A DNA stretch of 64,000 nucleotides from Candidatus Dormiibacterota bacterium (GTDB lineage Bacteria; Chloroflexota; Dormibacteria; Aeolococcales; Bog-877). Shown piece after piece: positions 19,716 through 29,943 of this stretch; the first letter of the stretch is position 1, and every line of letters starts with the position of its first letter. Position numbers and translations under genes: made by a program. Below the pieces are notes generated by a model that was not told the origin of the DNA, ran no database searches, and saw only the letters and a list, made by a program, of their open reading frames with translations. The stretch spans positions 2,286,299-2,350,298 of the forward strand of contig OY969577.1 in NCBI GenBank assembly GCA_963701235.1, given 5' to 3'.

Positions 19716-22700
19716 CTGCTCCCACGCTTGAGGAGCCGAGGACCAAGTCTCAGGACTCATCGACCGACCGCTACCGTAGGTTCCGGCCACGCCTCGTACT
19801 GGGCTACCAGCAAGACCTCCAGTCTCTCATCAAAGAACTGAGTGCGATGGGGACGGTGGAATCCTACGCGATTCTTGATGGTGCAATTACAAACCTAGAC
19901 GAGCGCCAGAGGACACTCGAATCCTACGGGCTGAGTGCACCTGACCTTGCTCCGACAATTCGCTACGGTGCCACTCTGCGCGTCCTGCGTGACCTCGTCA
20001 GCCAAGGCTGGACGATACGAGAAGACGATGAGGGAGTCATTCTTGATGCACCCGGGCGCGCGGCTATCCGGCTTGACGACCCCGAAACGGCCAAGCAGTC
20101 AATCCGACGGTCCTTCGCCTTTGCGCGCGAGGCACAACTCCGAGAGTTGCCAACCCTTCAATTCATCGAATCGGCAGAACGGAAGGGGGTGGCTCGTGTA
20201 TTCACCAGTGGAAGCGAACTGGCCAACCGGCTGACAGCCGAGGGTCCAGCGGCCATAACACCCGAACTTGAGGTGATTTCTCCCGGAGCCCGCGACGAGG
20301 CGACCGGACTGCTCCTCCAGGACGTTTGGCGCTACGCGAGGCACTTCTGGTCGATCCCCTACCAGAGCACTCCGGGACGCAATCTCTTTTACCTGATCCG
20401 CGACGCCGCCCTTCCTGAGCGACCATTGATCGGGATAGCTGCACTTGGTAATCCTGTCCTCGGTTTATCGAAGCGGGACGATCACTTTGGCTGGTCGGCC
20501 AATGGCCTAGAACGGCGTCTACCAGACCTCAGTGCTCGAAAGCGCCGAGAAGTCGCCGCCCACCTGGTTCGGGTTCTACGCGACGCAATCGAGTCAACAT
20601 TTTGTGCTGATCTTGGGTTACCGCCCGACCCCTTAGGTGAGGCGACCAAGACGGTTGCACTCCTTGAGGAGATCGAGCGTCGGAGCGCTGCGACCCGTCT
20701 CGCCAGGATCGATGCGGCCGGTGACGAGCGCGACTCGGACTACTTTCTGATACGCGAGGCACAAAATGTCGCCGACCACGGCGACATCGACTCGGTGGAC
20801 TGGGAGCAGGTAGCGTGTACTGCGCTGTACCGACGGAAGCGAGCTGGAACTCTCGGCGATTTATACAGGGCGCTGGCGACCTTGAGCCACCTCGACTTTA
20901 CTGACAGGGGTGGCGACTTGCCGCGGGCGCTGGCCGTGGCAGACGGGCGCCGGGCGATCGAGACTGCGCTACGTCGAATTAAGCAAGATGCTCTTGCCTC
21001 GAACGTTATGGAGTTGATCACCTGCGGTGCGGTGCCTCCGTACAACGGGGTACTCGGAGGCAAGCTGGTCGCGCTTCTGATGATGAGCCGTCAAGTAGTA
21101 GCCGATGTTGAAGAGCGATACAACGGTCGGGTGAGCATAATCGCCTCTGCCATGGCAGGCCGCCCCATCAAGCGCCCAGCCAAGCTGGCGTTGGTGACGA
21201 CTTCGAGTCTCTACGAAGCATATGGCTCAAGCCAGTACAACCGTCTCAAAGTGGACACCGCTGGTGGTCCGCTGGCATATCGCAAGGTGGCCAGAACTGA
21301 GAGTTTCGGGACGGTGCAATTCGCGCCCGACACGGTTCAAGCCCTCAACGACGTCGCACGCCATTCAGGCTCGAACAGGCGCGACATAAACAATCTTTTT
21401 GGTGAAGGCACGAGTCCTAAGCTCCGATTGCTCCGAGCGGGCCTTGAAGCGCTCGGGCTTGATTCCAGTAGCTTCCTACGCCACAACTCACGCCGAATCA
21501 TCTACGGCGTGTCGCTCTGCGCCAACACCGATGATGTCGTTTTGCGAATGAGTAGCCGCCCACAGTACCTGCTCCCTCCGGGAGCTGAAGGTACCACAGT
21601 GCTTATCGACTACTGGCGTGATCGCTGGCTTGCTAATAGGATCACTCGTCCTGATGTACTGGAGGGGCTACGCGGTGAGGAGTTTGAAGAGTTTCGCCTA
21701 AGTCGCGAGACTGAGCGGCTGACCATGGGTAGCGGGGGCAGCGGACGCCGAGCTGGGCGAGTAGGTAAGGGTGTTGATCTGACCATGACCGTCCAGCCCG
21801 AAGAGGATGGGACTCACACATTCATCGAGCGGCTCTACCGAAGCGCGAACAGCTATGCCGACCGGCTTAGTCCCGAGGAGTTGGAGTCAATCCACGTTGA
21901 CCTCGGAGTTGACGAATATATCGTCGCGCAGAGCGGGGCCGGCCGGCAGATCATCGTCACTGGCAATCCGGGAGATGGCAAGACCCATCTGATCGAGCGA
22001 ATTCGGGCTCAGCTCGAAGCGCATGGCGCACGGGTGATTACGGATGCCAATGCTTGTTCAGACGAGGAGATCTTGGACCAGTGGAGTGCCAGCAGAAAAG
22101 ATGGCAAACCCTTCGTGCTTGCGATCAACGAATGGCCGCTCTATGTTCTCCAACGCCTCGCCGCGCCGAGAGAGTTCACGCCGGTGACCGAGGCGCTTCG
22201 GCAGGTGACCTCGGCGCGATTCTTCGTGGAAGACCATCGCCCCGAGGACGTCAAAGACAATGTCGTCGTTATCGATCTCAGTCTTCGAAATCTACTCACA
22301 GTGAACGTCGTGGAGCGGGTTGTCGAGCGGCTCACTCAGGACCGCTTCTTCACAGCTATGAGCGCTGCTGATCCCGCGATCGCCAATCGAAACGCTCTGC
22401 GCGAGAAGCAGGTTAGCGAGAGGCTTGTTAAGCTGCTGGCGCTTGTCTCTACTAGGACCGGCCACGTCACGATGCGGCAACTTGTGGGCTTCGTCGCTTA
22501 CCTGATTACAGGCGGTCAATCCGCGACCAGTCGGGTACGAGCTGGCCAGGATGCGCTCGGATTCTCGTATTCGAACTTCGCCTTTGATGGCGGAGAGGGT
22601 GCGCTTTTTGGTGCGGTGCGCGCCGTCTTCGACCCAGCCGAAGTGACCCATCCGGATTGGGACAGCCGACTTTGGTTAGGCGATACTGACCCTCGCGACT

Positions 22701-23392
22701 GGCTTGGCAAGCCACCGCCGGGTCCGATGACCCTGAATGAGGCAGAGCGTGACAGCGCCTATCGTGCGATCAAGCGTCGATTTTTCTTTGAGCACGCCAA
22801 TGGGTTGGATCTACTCGAACTAGTCCCACGGGACGAGCACGAGTTTCAAGAGACGCTTCAATCGGGTCAGCGCGCCTCCGCGTCCGTGGTCCGTGAGTTG
22901 GTGCTGGCGCTCAACCGCTTCTTCGAGCCGGATTGCCCGGACTCCGAAATGGATCATGTTCAGCTGTGGCAGAGCCACCGCTACGATGTCCGCGCGCCGT
23001 CGACATTCGTCTCATTCCAAGCCTTGTCCTATCAGAATCTTCGGATCGAACCTCTGAAGACAGCCCCGTGGGTTGAAGCATGGCTGCCCGCCGAGCAGCT
23101 CGACCGGCGGAGCTTTGCTCTCGTGGCGAACTGGGAGACCAAAGACATTGCCGTAATCGAGATTGATCGCGAGTTGTTCTTGACATTGATCGAGGCTGAG
23201 CGAGGGCTCGGCAGGTCAAGCTGGTCTCGGACCGCGACACGACGGATTACCCGGTTTATTGACCGGATTCACGGCTCCGTCGAAAGGGAGGCCCCCATCG
23301 CGGACATCCGCATTCGTAACGTCGAGACCGACCTTGACGAAAGATTCGCGATCCAGCGTAACCCGGCGAGGTACCAGCTTTGGTCCCACTAG
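19712..23392 (+). CDS. DruA/DUF4338-like domain fused to a DptF-like P-loop ATPase
   Basis: PGRNLFYLIRD, CGAVPPYNGVLGGKLVA, TTSSLY..SSQYNRL (DruA-like); then GNPGDGKT, FVLAINEWPL, IDLSLRN; GGAGGAG SD. Confidence 0.75.
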   Translation: MTAPTLEEPRTKSQDSSTDRYRRFRPRLVLGYQQDLQSLIKELSAMGTVESYAILDGAITNLDERQRTLESYGLSAPDLAPTIRYGATLRVLRDLVSQGWTIREDDEGVILDAPGRAAIRLDDPETAKQSIRRSFAFAREAQLRELPTLQFIESAERKGVARVFTSGSELANRLTAEGPAAITPELEVISPGARDEATGLLLQDVWRYARHFWSIPYQSTPGRNLFYLIRDAALPERPLIGIAALGNPVLGLSKRDDHFGWSANGLERRLPDLSARKRREVAAHLVRVLRDAIESTFCADLGLPPDPLGEATKTVALLEEIERRSAATRLARIDAAGDERDSDYFLIREAQNVADHGDIDSVDWEQVACTALYRRKRAGTLGDLYRALATLSHLDFTDRGGDLPRALAVADGRRAIETALRRIKQDALASNVMELITCGAVPPYNGVLGGKLVALLMMSRQVVADVEERYNGRVSIIASAMAGRPIKRPAKLALVTTSSLYEAYGSSQYNRLKVDTAGGPLAYRKVARTESFGTVQFAPDTVQALNDVARHSGSNRRDINNLFGEGTSPKLRLLRAGLEALGLDSSSFLRHNSRRIIYGVSLCANTDDVVLRMSSRPQYLLPPGAEGTTVLIDYWRDRWLANRITRPDVLEGLRGEEFEEFRLSRETERLTMGSGGSGRRAGRVGKGVDLTMTVQPEEDGTHTFIERLYRSANSYADRLSPEELESIHVDLGVDEYIVAQSGAGRQIIVTGNPGDGKTHLIERIRAQLEAHGARVITDANACSDEEILDQWSASRKDGKPFVLAINEWPLYVLQRLAAPREFTPVTEALRQVTSARFFVEDHRPEDVKDNVVVIDLSLRNLLTVNVVERVVERLTQDRFFTAMSAADPAIANRNALREKQVSERLVKLLALVSTRTGHVTMRQLVGFVAYLITGGQSATSRVRAGQDALGFSYSNFAFDGGEGALFGAVRAVFDPAEVTHPDWDSRLWLGDTDPRDWLGKPPPGPMTLNEAERDSAYRAIKRRFFFEHANGLDLLELVPRDEHEFQETLQSGQRASASVVRELVLALNRFFEPDCPDSEMDHVQLWQSHRYDVRAPSTFVSFQALSYQNLRIEPLKTAPWVEAWLPAEQLDRRSFALVANWETKDIAVIEIDRELFLTLIEAERGLGRSSWSRTATRRITRFIDRIHGSVEREAPIADIRIRNVETDLDERFAIQRNPARYQLWSH

Positions 23393-24885
23393 ATACTAAG
23401 GAGCTCTTGGACTCTGTCTACGACGAGGAATTTGGATTCATGCTTACCAATTTCTCCATCAAACCGGTTCATGTTGCCAACGGCCTCGCGCGCTCACTGA
23501 CCAGCCGCACGTATGACACGACCGCCATAACTCGGCTGGTGCGCCGCTATGTTCGTCTGCAGAAGCTCGGCGTCGATGAGGAGCGCTACCCGAACGATGT
23601 GGTTATGGCAGACTACGCGGCAGCGTTCGCCAGTGACAGAGGGCACAAGCCGGATTCTCTCAAGGTAACGCGGCTCCGGTCGCTCGCTTTCGATGTTCTC
23701 GCGGCCGACGGCGCCGTCTTTACGGACCAGCAGTCCTTTACGCTTTCCAATGAGCGCTTCGTGACGAGCGACCCTTCTGACAACCGGATGGGTTTGTTCC
23801 TTTCCCGGTTGCTGACTGCTGAACCGACCGCCGATACCGCAGCCGCGACCTACTTGCGCGAGTTGCTCCAGTCGGAGACCGATCCGTGGACTACTATTGC
23901 TCTTCCGATGCTGGAATTCGGCGAGGTCCGGCCGGAGACGCCCAGCACCGAAGTCACTGGGCGAATCGCCAAGAGTGACCACCTCTTCGAGGCGTCGAAC
24001 CAACACCTGATCTCACCGACCATGCGTAACCTCCGCGATGCCTATGACCGCCTGGCTCGGTTCGAGCGTAATTCGGGATCAAAACTTAATTCGCTGCGGC
24101 GGCTGATGCTCTTCGGCTGCTTTGTCCTTCACGTGCACGCTGTGTCGCGATGGTCAGAGCGTGATCCGGCGGCGCCACAACCACCGATTCTATTCGATCT
24201 GTTCGATGGCACCGTCATCTCCGTCGGCGATGCGAGTCGCGCGACGCTACGGGCAGCAGGTGATGCGATCGAGGGTGTGATCCGATCGCGTTTCCACGAG
24301 TATGTCATCGGAGAATACGGCAACACGGCTAACCAGATCGAAGTTGCACTCGAAGCAGCCGAGATGAGCGACCGCATTCGGACGGCTTACCGGATGTACT
24401 TGGAAGGTGGCACAGATCCCGCCGACGCTCTCGCGCGAGCCATGGCCGAGGAAGCCCTCGATAGCAGACGTGAGACACCGATTGGAGCGCTTGTAGAACT
24501 CGGTCGTCGGGCTGGATTTCTTGCTCCATGGTCGAATCAGGGACGTGGTGGCAAGCTGCGCAAGCGCTACACGGCGACAGCTGAGTTTCTTGAGACTCTC
24601 GTCGCGGCCACGGTCGAGCCCGACTATCCAGTGGAGTTCCCCGAGTTCCTAGAGCGACTTCGCGACTACTTCGGCGTAGTTGTAGGTCGACCGGAGGATG
24701 ATTCGGTCATTCGTCACACTAACCTTCGGGACGAGGAGTGCTGGCCGGCGGTTGTTTCGATCAACGAAGAGGACCTGCGGCGCAACGTCGAAAAGTTCCG
24801 CGACCTTCTTGTTGAGTCCGGTTATGCCAAGGCATATGCCGACGGACGGACCATGGTCACGACCCGGCCGGAGGGTAACCTGTGA
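23380..24885 (+). CDS. Unknown 501-aa protein in the DptG position
   Basis: Overlaps both neighbours; C-terminal LVESGYAKAYADG resembles DptG-type C-termini (weak); start TTG 23380 or ATG 23440. Confidence 0.7.
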   Translation: MVPLDTKELLDSVYDEEFGFMLTNFSIKPVHVANGLARSLTSRTYDTTAITRLVRRYVRLQKLGVDEERYPNDVVMADYAAAFASDRGHKPDSLKVTRLRSLAFDVLAADGAVFTDQQSFTLSNERFVTSDPSDNRMGLFLSRLLTAEPTADTAAATYLRELLQSETDPWTTIALPMLEFGEVRPETPSTEVTGRIAKSDHLFEASNQHLISPTMRNLRDAYDRLARFERNSGSKLNSLRRLMLFGCFVLHVHAVSRWSERDPAAPQPPILFDLFDGTVISVGDASRATLRAAGDAIEGVIRSRFHEYVIGEYGNTANQIEVALEAAEMSDRIRTAYRMYLEGGTDPADALARAMAEEALDSRRETPIGALVELGRRAGFLAPWSNQGRGGKLRKRYTATAEFLETLVAATVEPDYPVEFPEFLERLRDYFGVVVGRPEDDSVIRHTNLRDEECWPAVVSINEEDLRRNVEKFRDLLVESGYAKAYADGRTMVTTRPEGNL

Positions 24886-27800
24886 GCGTGGACGTGGGAA
24901 GTACGCAGGCAGAAGTTCTGGCCGACTTGATCGCAGAGGGCCTTCGTCGACGCAAAGGTGCGGTTGGAGTGCTGGTGCGGGATGTGCCAGCGCCAGACCC
25001 GAATCGGCTTCTGGGTGCCCTGCTCGCACTTCGTAACGAAGGAATGGAACTGCGTGTAGCGTACCTGCGAGAAGGTGGCGAGGCAGCGGCAAAGGCGGTG
25101 GGCTTCGACACGGAGTTGATCTCGACTGAGGTCGAGCAAGCGGAGCGCTGGCGCAACGATCGTGAACTCAAGGCGCTGATCGTCGTTATCGCCCACGGTG
25201 ATGAGGCTAAGCTGTCCTCCCTGGAGGACTTCAGCGCGATCACGTCGCGTGAGCTGAAGAACATCCTGGTGCGTCGAGCCCTCGGTGGCGAGGCTGGGCA
25301 GAGTGAGGTCCAGTCGCGGTGGTGGCGACAACTGGACAATGACGACAGTATTGGACTGGCGCCACTAATCGACTATTACACGGCGTTGGAGGGCAAGACA
25401 GGGCACGAGTTCCTGGATGCTAGTAGTCGCGAGATTTATCATCTAGGACTGCTTCCCGACCCTGAGTTCTTTAACGATCCGAGCGAAGGGGCGGTCCGGC
25501 GGCGCCTGGAGCGAAACCGGGAGTTGGCCAGTCGGCTGCAGATGTTCAACGCCCAGGACCGGCGCCGGATCATGGAAGTGCTCAAGGACGAGACCGACCT
25601 CGATGTACGAAAGGAACTCCAGGAGGCACTGAGCCAGCTCGACCGCACTCGTATTGAGGGCGGGGATGGCCGGCCAGTGCCATTCCAGTCGGCCGATCGC
25701 CTGGTGCGTGCAAGGGCCAAGAAGACCACTCCAGACAGCCCCAAGCGAAACCCGACAGAAAAAGCGTCGAAAATCGCCGCTGAGGCCCTGGTTGATCGGG
25801 ACCGGGCCGAAGACGTGGAAACGCTCGTCGATCGACTACAGGAAGAACTTGACTCGCCCCTGGACGAAGGGCAGCTGCGCCCCAAGCCTATCCGAATAAG
25901 GCTTCCCGATGGCACCACCGAAGCGGTGGCTACTGCCAGGTTGGATCTGCTCAACATGCTGAGAAAGGTTATCGGTGAGGACACATACGGTGCCCTAATC
26001 AAGCTCGAAGCTCCAGATTTAGAGGGTGCACTGCGCAGATTCGATGTCGACCAACACCTCGTTGCGCGCTGGGAGGGAGAACGCATCGGCGAGTTGCTCC
26101 AACATCTCGCAATTGACGATGCCGGGGCGATTCTCCAGGAACGCTTCACTGCCTACCGCGAGGCACGCGCAGAGGTGCTGCCACTCCGCAGAACCTTGGC
26201 GGTCGAGCCACTCGTGGTCGCGGCGTATCCACCGACGCGACAAGCTCTACTCACCTTCATTAGGGCTTATGAGGATCTCAACCGAACGCTGCGGGAGAAC
26301 TACGAGACGCTCAATCAGCGCTTTGGGCAAGATGCCAACGAGATGCTAGGCCATCTTCTCCTTCTTGAGATAGTGGTGATTGACATCGGAGAGCAGACTT
26401 ACGCCATTGCGGCGCCGACGCATCCGCTCTATTTGTGGCACTACGCGCGGTACGCCGAGATTGTTGATGCCCAGCGTGACCGACTCAATGAGCGCGACCG
26501 GGTGCTGGTCACCCAGGCGGCGGAACAACTGCCTTTCTTTCTAACGTCAATCTTCGTCCCCACAACAGCAACAAGCGCCGCGATCAGTCTCGCTTATCTT
26601 GGGCGTCTTGGGCCGCTGGCTTACTTCGGTCCCGAGATGGAAGGCGGGGTGAGTGATGACGGCCTAGCGAGCGTCCGCTCACTGATAGAAGCGCAGTTGT
26701 CCTTGGAGTCTCACTCGCAGCGCGGCTACCGGCTGGGTCTGATTGATCCTCCCGATGCTGGTGCCTATCTCAGCATGCTCGCAGATCTAGCCGAAGAGGG
26801 AAAGTTGAGCGGCGCTCACCTGACGGTATACCGGCACCCGAAGCCGAAGGTCGGCGTCGAGCTTCGACTCGATGAGGACGAGGAGGACCGGATCGCCCGA
26901 GTTTTTCGTGCGATCACCCCGCACCGTCTCTTCACCTTTGAGGTACGCGACCTTCCGAGCCAACAGCTCGAGCCGCCCGATGAGGACCTTCACCATCTCG
27001 TCGTCAGCTTCGATCAGAGCACGGGCCACATGAATCCTGCGCGTGCGGCTCTGCATCCGATCCAGCCCCTAGCGGTACCACGGCGAATCGCGTACCGGGA
27101 GTTTCACAGGACCGTAGAACTTGAGCCGGCTTCTGGTGGGCCATTTGAGGACTATGACAAGCTCGTGCGGAAGTTGGCGCCCGTTGGTACATCCTACCTC
27201 GCTGTCCATCAACAAGATCAGCTACGTGAGCAACTCCACGGCATCGCAAGCCGTGTGCCATGGATGGCAGTGGCCGATCGTCAGGTGGACCGCGATTTGC
27301 GCATCGGTACGCTCCGGATCATGACCGCGCGTGACGGTGAGCGCGACGTTGCGGGCTTCGCACGGTCGACAGTTCCGTTCCGCCGTCCCCTGCGCGATGT
27401 GGTGCGCGAATACAACGCATACATCAGCAATGAGGACCTAGACGATCTGTTGGAGCAGTTGAGCGATCTGCTGGACGCGGGCATCCTCAATCTTCGTCCA
27501 GATGCGTCCGGAAGGACCAACTTCAATCGGATCAAGGGCCTACTCGGAACGTTGATCGCTGCGCGCTGGTTTCGCAAGAGTGGTGACGATTCTACCCGCC
27601 TCCTGATAAGCCTGGATGGGGCCGATGCACGGCGATGGCTCCATCTAAGTGACGATCCGCTGCGGGCCGACCTTGTCGGCTTCACCTGGACAAACGACCA
27701 CTGCACCGTAAGCGTCATCGAGGTAAAGGCGGTCCAGGCGAGGGGAGTTGAATATGCAGTCGTCGAAGGTGTAGCTACTGGCCCAGCGATTGAGCAAATG

Positions 27801-29438
27801 CTCTCGACGAGGCGGCTACTCGAACAGGTCTTCTTGGGAGACCGAGCCGATGAACTGATCACCACCCCGGCGCGTCGAGAGGTTTTACGCGAGCACCTTT
27901 ACCGAGAATTGACCAAGGGCGCCTACTCCCCGGATGAGCGCAAGCTGTGGGCTGACCGCCTGCAGCGTCTGCTCGACGGGTCGGTCAAGACCAATCTGCG
28001 CTGTCACCTCATTGACGTCAGGCTGGGTGTCGACTCGACCTCCTTGCGCGACGTGAAGGTAGCCGCACATGACGAGGGGCTCGTGGTTCCGGTTGAGGTG
28101 ACTGAGCTAAACGAGCGCCAGATCGAAGTCCTGATTCCCTCGGAACCACCAGAGGAAGAGGACGAAATCGACATAAAAGACGACTCGGAGCCGCCTATGG
28201 AGGAGGAGCAACTGGGGCCAGATGACGAAGGTCCAGAGTCACCGCCACCTCAACCATCTGGTGAAAGCACGGAACGACCGAGTCCAGAGGTGGTGGTGAG
28301 CGCCGAGCAATCCGTCGCGACAGCCGGAGCTGCGGAGCGACCGCGAGCCCTGCTAGGTACCGCGCCAGGCGAATATGGGAAGCTCCGCGAGATTTGGTTC
28401 GACCCGCAGCAGCCCGACGATCGCTTGCCCAATCCTCACTTATTGATTACGGGCGAGACTGGTAGTGGAAAGACACAGGTCACCAAGGCGTTGCTCAGCG
28501 AACTCCGGCCGTTCGGCATTCCCGCATTAATCCTCGACTTCAAGGACGACTACTCCGACCCGGAGTACGCCGAGACGGAGAGCTTTAGCGTTTACGACCC
28601 GAGTGTGCAGAGCCTCCCATTCAACCCCCTGGCACCGTCGGTAGATCCAAGGAGCGGTCGCGTCAACCCTACCCACCACCTTCATCAGCTCACAGATATC
28701 ATCAAGCGTGTTTATCGACTGGGCGACCAGCAGGCGTATCGCCTGCGTGAGGCGATAAAGTCGGTCTACGAAGAGGCTGGGCTTCCTTCCCGATCATTTG
28801 CCCCTGAGGTCGGCCAGGCGTACCCGCCCTTTGAGGCTGTGGAGAAGGCTCTATCAGAAGACAAGGAGAACCAGGCCCTGCTTGGTCGGCTGTCGCCGAT
28901 CTTCGACTTGGAGCTTTTCAGTTCGGGTGCTCAGGTCACGGACTTCGCAGCGATCGCGGAACAGAGTACTGTCATTCGGCTCGCGCAGCTCCCTGGCGAC
29001 GAAGTAAAGAACTCCGTTGCAGAGTTCTTTTTGATGGCAATGTACAACTATCTTATCCGCCAGCCGCAGTCTCATCACCTAGCTCAGCTCGCAGTGCTAG
29101 ACGAGGCATGGCGTCTTGTCGAATCCCCGTTCTTGGAGCCGTTGATGCGTGAGGGCCGCGCCTTCGGTCTAGGGGTACTCATCGCTTCTCAGTTTCCAAC
29201 GGACCTTCCTTCAGCTGTCGCCGGCTCGACGGCGACCAAGCTGTATTTCAGCCAGACAAACGTTGAACAGGTCCGCGACATTCAGCGCACGATCCTAGGG
29301 AAGACAAATGGAGCTGACGCAGACCACCTTGCGAGCATCATGCGCGGGCTACCACCGCTCACCTGCGTTCTCTACAGCAAACAGTTTCCGCGATTTGTGC
29401 GCGTCACAATCAACCCTTATTTCGGGCGACAGCACTGA
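24882..29438 (+). CDS. Large PD-(D/E)xK nuclease plus HerA/FtsK (DUF87) ATPase, DptH-like
   Basis: RADLVG...IEVKA; acidic Pro-rich linker; HLLITGETGSGKT, LDFKDDY, VLDEAW, REGRAFG, ASQ. Confidence 0.8.
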   Translation: MSVDVGSTQAEVLADLIAEGLRRRKGAVGVLVRDVPAPDPNRLLGALLALRNEGMELRVAYLREGGEAAAKAVGFDTELISTEVEQAERWRNDRELKALIVVIAHGDEAKLSSLEDFSAITSRELKNILVRRALGGEAGQSEVQSRWWRQLDNDDSIGLAPLIDYYTALEGKTGHEFLDASSREIYHLGLLPDPEFFNDPSEGAVRRRLERNRELASRLQMFNAQDRRRIMEVLKDETDLDVRKELQEALSQLDRTRIEGGDGRPVPFQSADRLVRARAKKTTPDSPKRNPTEKASKIAAEALVDRDRAEDVETLVDRLQEELDSPLDEGQLRPKPIRIRLPDGTTEAVATARLDLLNMLRKVIGEDTYGALIKLEAPDLEGALRRFDVDQHLVARWEGERIGELLQHLAIDDAGAILQERFTAYREARAEVLPLRRTLAVEPLVVAAYPPTRQALLTFIRAYEDLNRTLRENYETLNQRFGQDANEMLGHLLLLEIVVIDIGEQTYAIAAPTHPLYLWHYARYAEIVDAQRDRLNERDRVLVTQAAEQLPFFLTSIFVPTTATSAAISLAYLGRLGPLAYFGPEMEGGVSDDGLASVRSLIEAQLSLESHSQRGYRLGLIDPPDAGAYLSMLADLAEEGKLSGAHLTVYRHPKPKVGVELRLDEDEEDRIARVFRAITPHRLFTFEVRDLPSQQLEPPDEDLHHLVVSFDQSTGHMNPARAALHPIQPLAVPRRIAYREFHRTVELEPASGGPFEDYDKLVRKLAPVGTSYLAVHQQDQLREQLHGIASRVPWMAVADRQVDRDLRIGTLRIMTARDGERDVAGFARSTVPFRRPLRDVVREYNAYISNEDLDDLLEQLSDLLDAGILNLRPDASGRTNFNRIKGLLGTLIAARWFRKSGDDSTRLLISLDGADARRWLHLSDDPLRADLVGFTWTNDHCTVSVIEVKAVQARGVEYAVVEGVATGPAIEQMLSTRRLLEQVFLGDRADELITTPARREVLREHLYRELTKGAYSPDERKLWADRLQRLLDGSVKTNLRCHLIDVRLGVDSTSLRDVKVAAHDEGLVVPVEVTELNERQIEVLIPSEPPEEEDEIDIKDDSEPPMEEEQLGPDDEGPESPPPQPSGESTERPSPEVVVSAEQSVATAGAAERPRALLGTAPGEYGKLREIWFDPQQPDDRLPNPHLLITGETGSGKTQVTKALLSELRPFGIPALILDFKDDYSDPEYAETESFSVYDPSVQSLPFNPLAPSVDPRSGRVNPTHHLHQLTDIIKRVYRLGDQQAYRLREAIKSVYEEAGLPSRSFAPEVGQAYPPFEAVEKALSEDKENQALLGRLSPIFDLELFSSGAQVTDFAAIAEQSTVIRLAQLPGDEVKNSVAEFFLMAMYNYLIRQPQSHHLAQLAVLDEAWRLVESPFLEPLMREGRAFGLGVLIASQFPTDLPSAVAGSTATKLYFSQTNVEQVRDIQRTILGKTNGADADHLASIMRGLPPLTCVLYSKQFPRFVRVTINPYFGRQH

Positions 29439-29553
29439 GGCCGACGGCGGACCCAGAGCGAGCTGGTGCCGCGGGTGCCGCTCCTGAGTTGCCCGTCTCT
29501 TCGACGTTGGCCACGTCCCTGAGAGGAGATACCCTCCCAGGGACGAAGTGGCG

Positions 29554-29943
29554 CTAAGCCGCTGGTGCGGCCGCGGCGCTCTTGGAGAGCGCCTGAAGCA
29601 GGTTGGCGATGATCTCGACGGTCCGTCGAGTGGTTCCATCAGTGGCCTGCCACTGACGGCTCTGGAGCCGACCCTCGACGTAGACGAGGCGGCCTTTGCC
29701 AAGGCAGCTGGCCGCGAAGTCAGCGAGTTGTCCCCAGAGGACCACATTGTGGAACTCTGCATGGCTCTTGCCGTTGGTCGCGAGACGGACGTTCGCGACG
29801 TGCTTGCCTGAGCCGGTCTCCCCAAGTTCGGGGGCGGCGACGAGGCGTCCGATGAAGGTTACCTGGTTCACTGAGTCTCCCCGAGACTGGCGCTCCTCCG
29901 TGGTGAGGGCCTTCGTCGTGCCATTGGTCTTGTTGCTGCGCAT
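29554..29943 (-). CDS. ssb: Single-stranded DNA-binding protein (short, MGE type)
   Basis: VNQVTFIGRL, FHNVVLWG, KGRLVYVEGRLQSRQW; AGGAGG SD; no acidic tail. Confidence 0.88.
   Translation of the reverse strand: MRSNKTNGTTKALTTEERQSRGDSVNQVTFIGRLVAAPELGETGSGKHVANVRLATNGKSHAEFHNVVLWGQLADFAASCLGKGRLVYVEGRLQSRQWQATDGTTRRTVEIIANLLQALSKSAAAAPAA

Noticed and set aside
19712-29438. Canonical Druantia or a conjugative VirB4/TraG module
   Set aside because: No DruE helicase/DUF1998 gene, and no TM-bearing T4SS genes or relaxase
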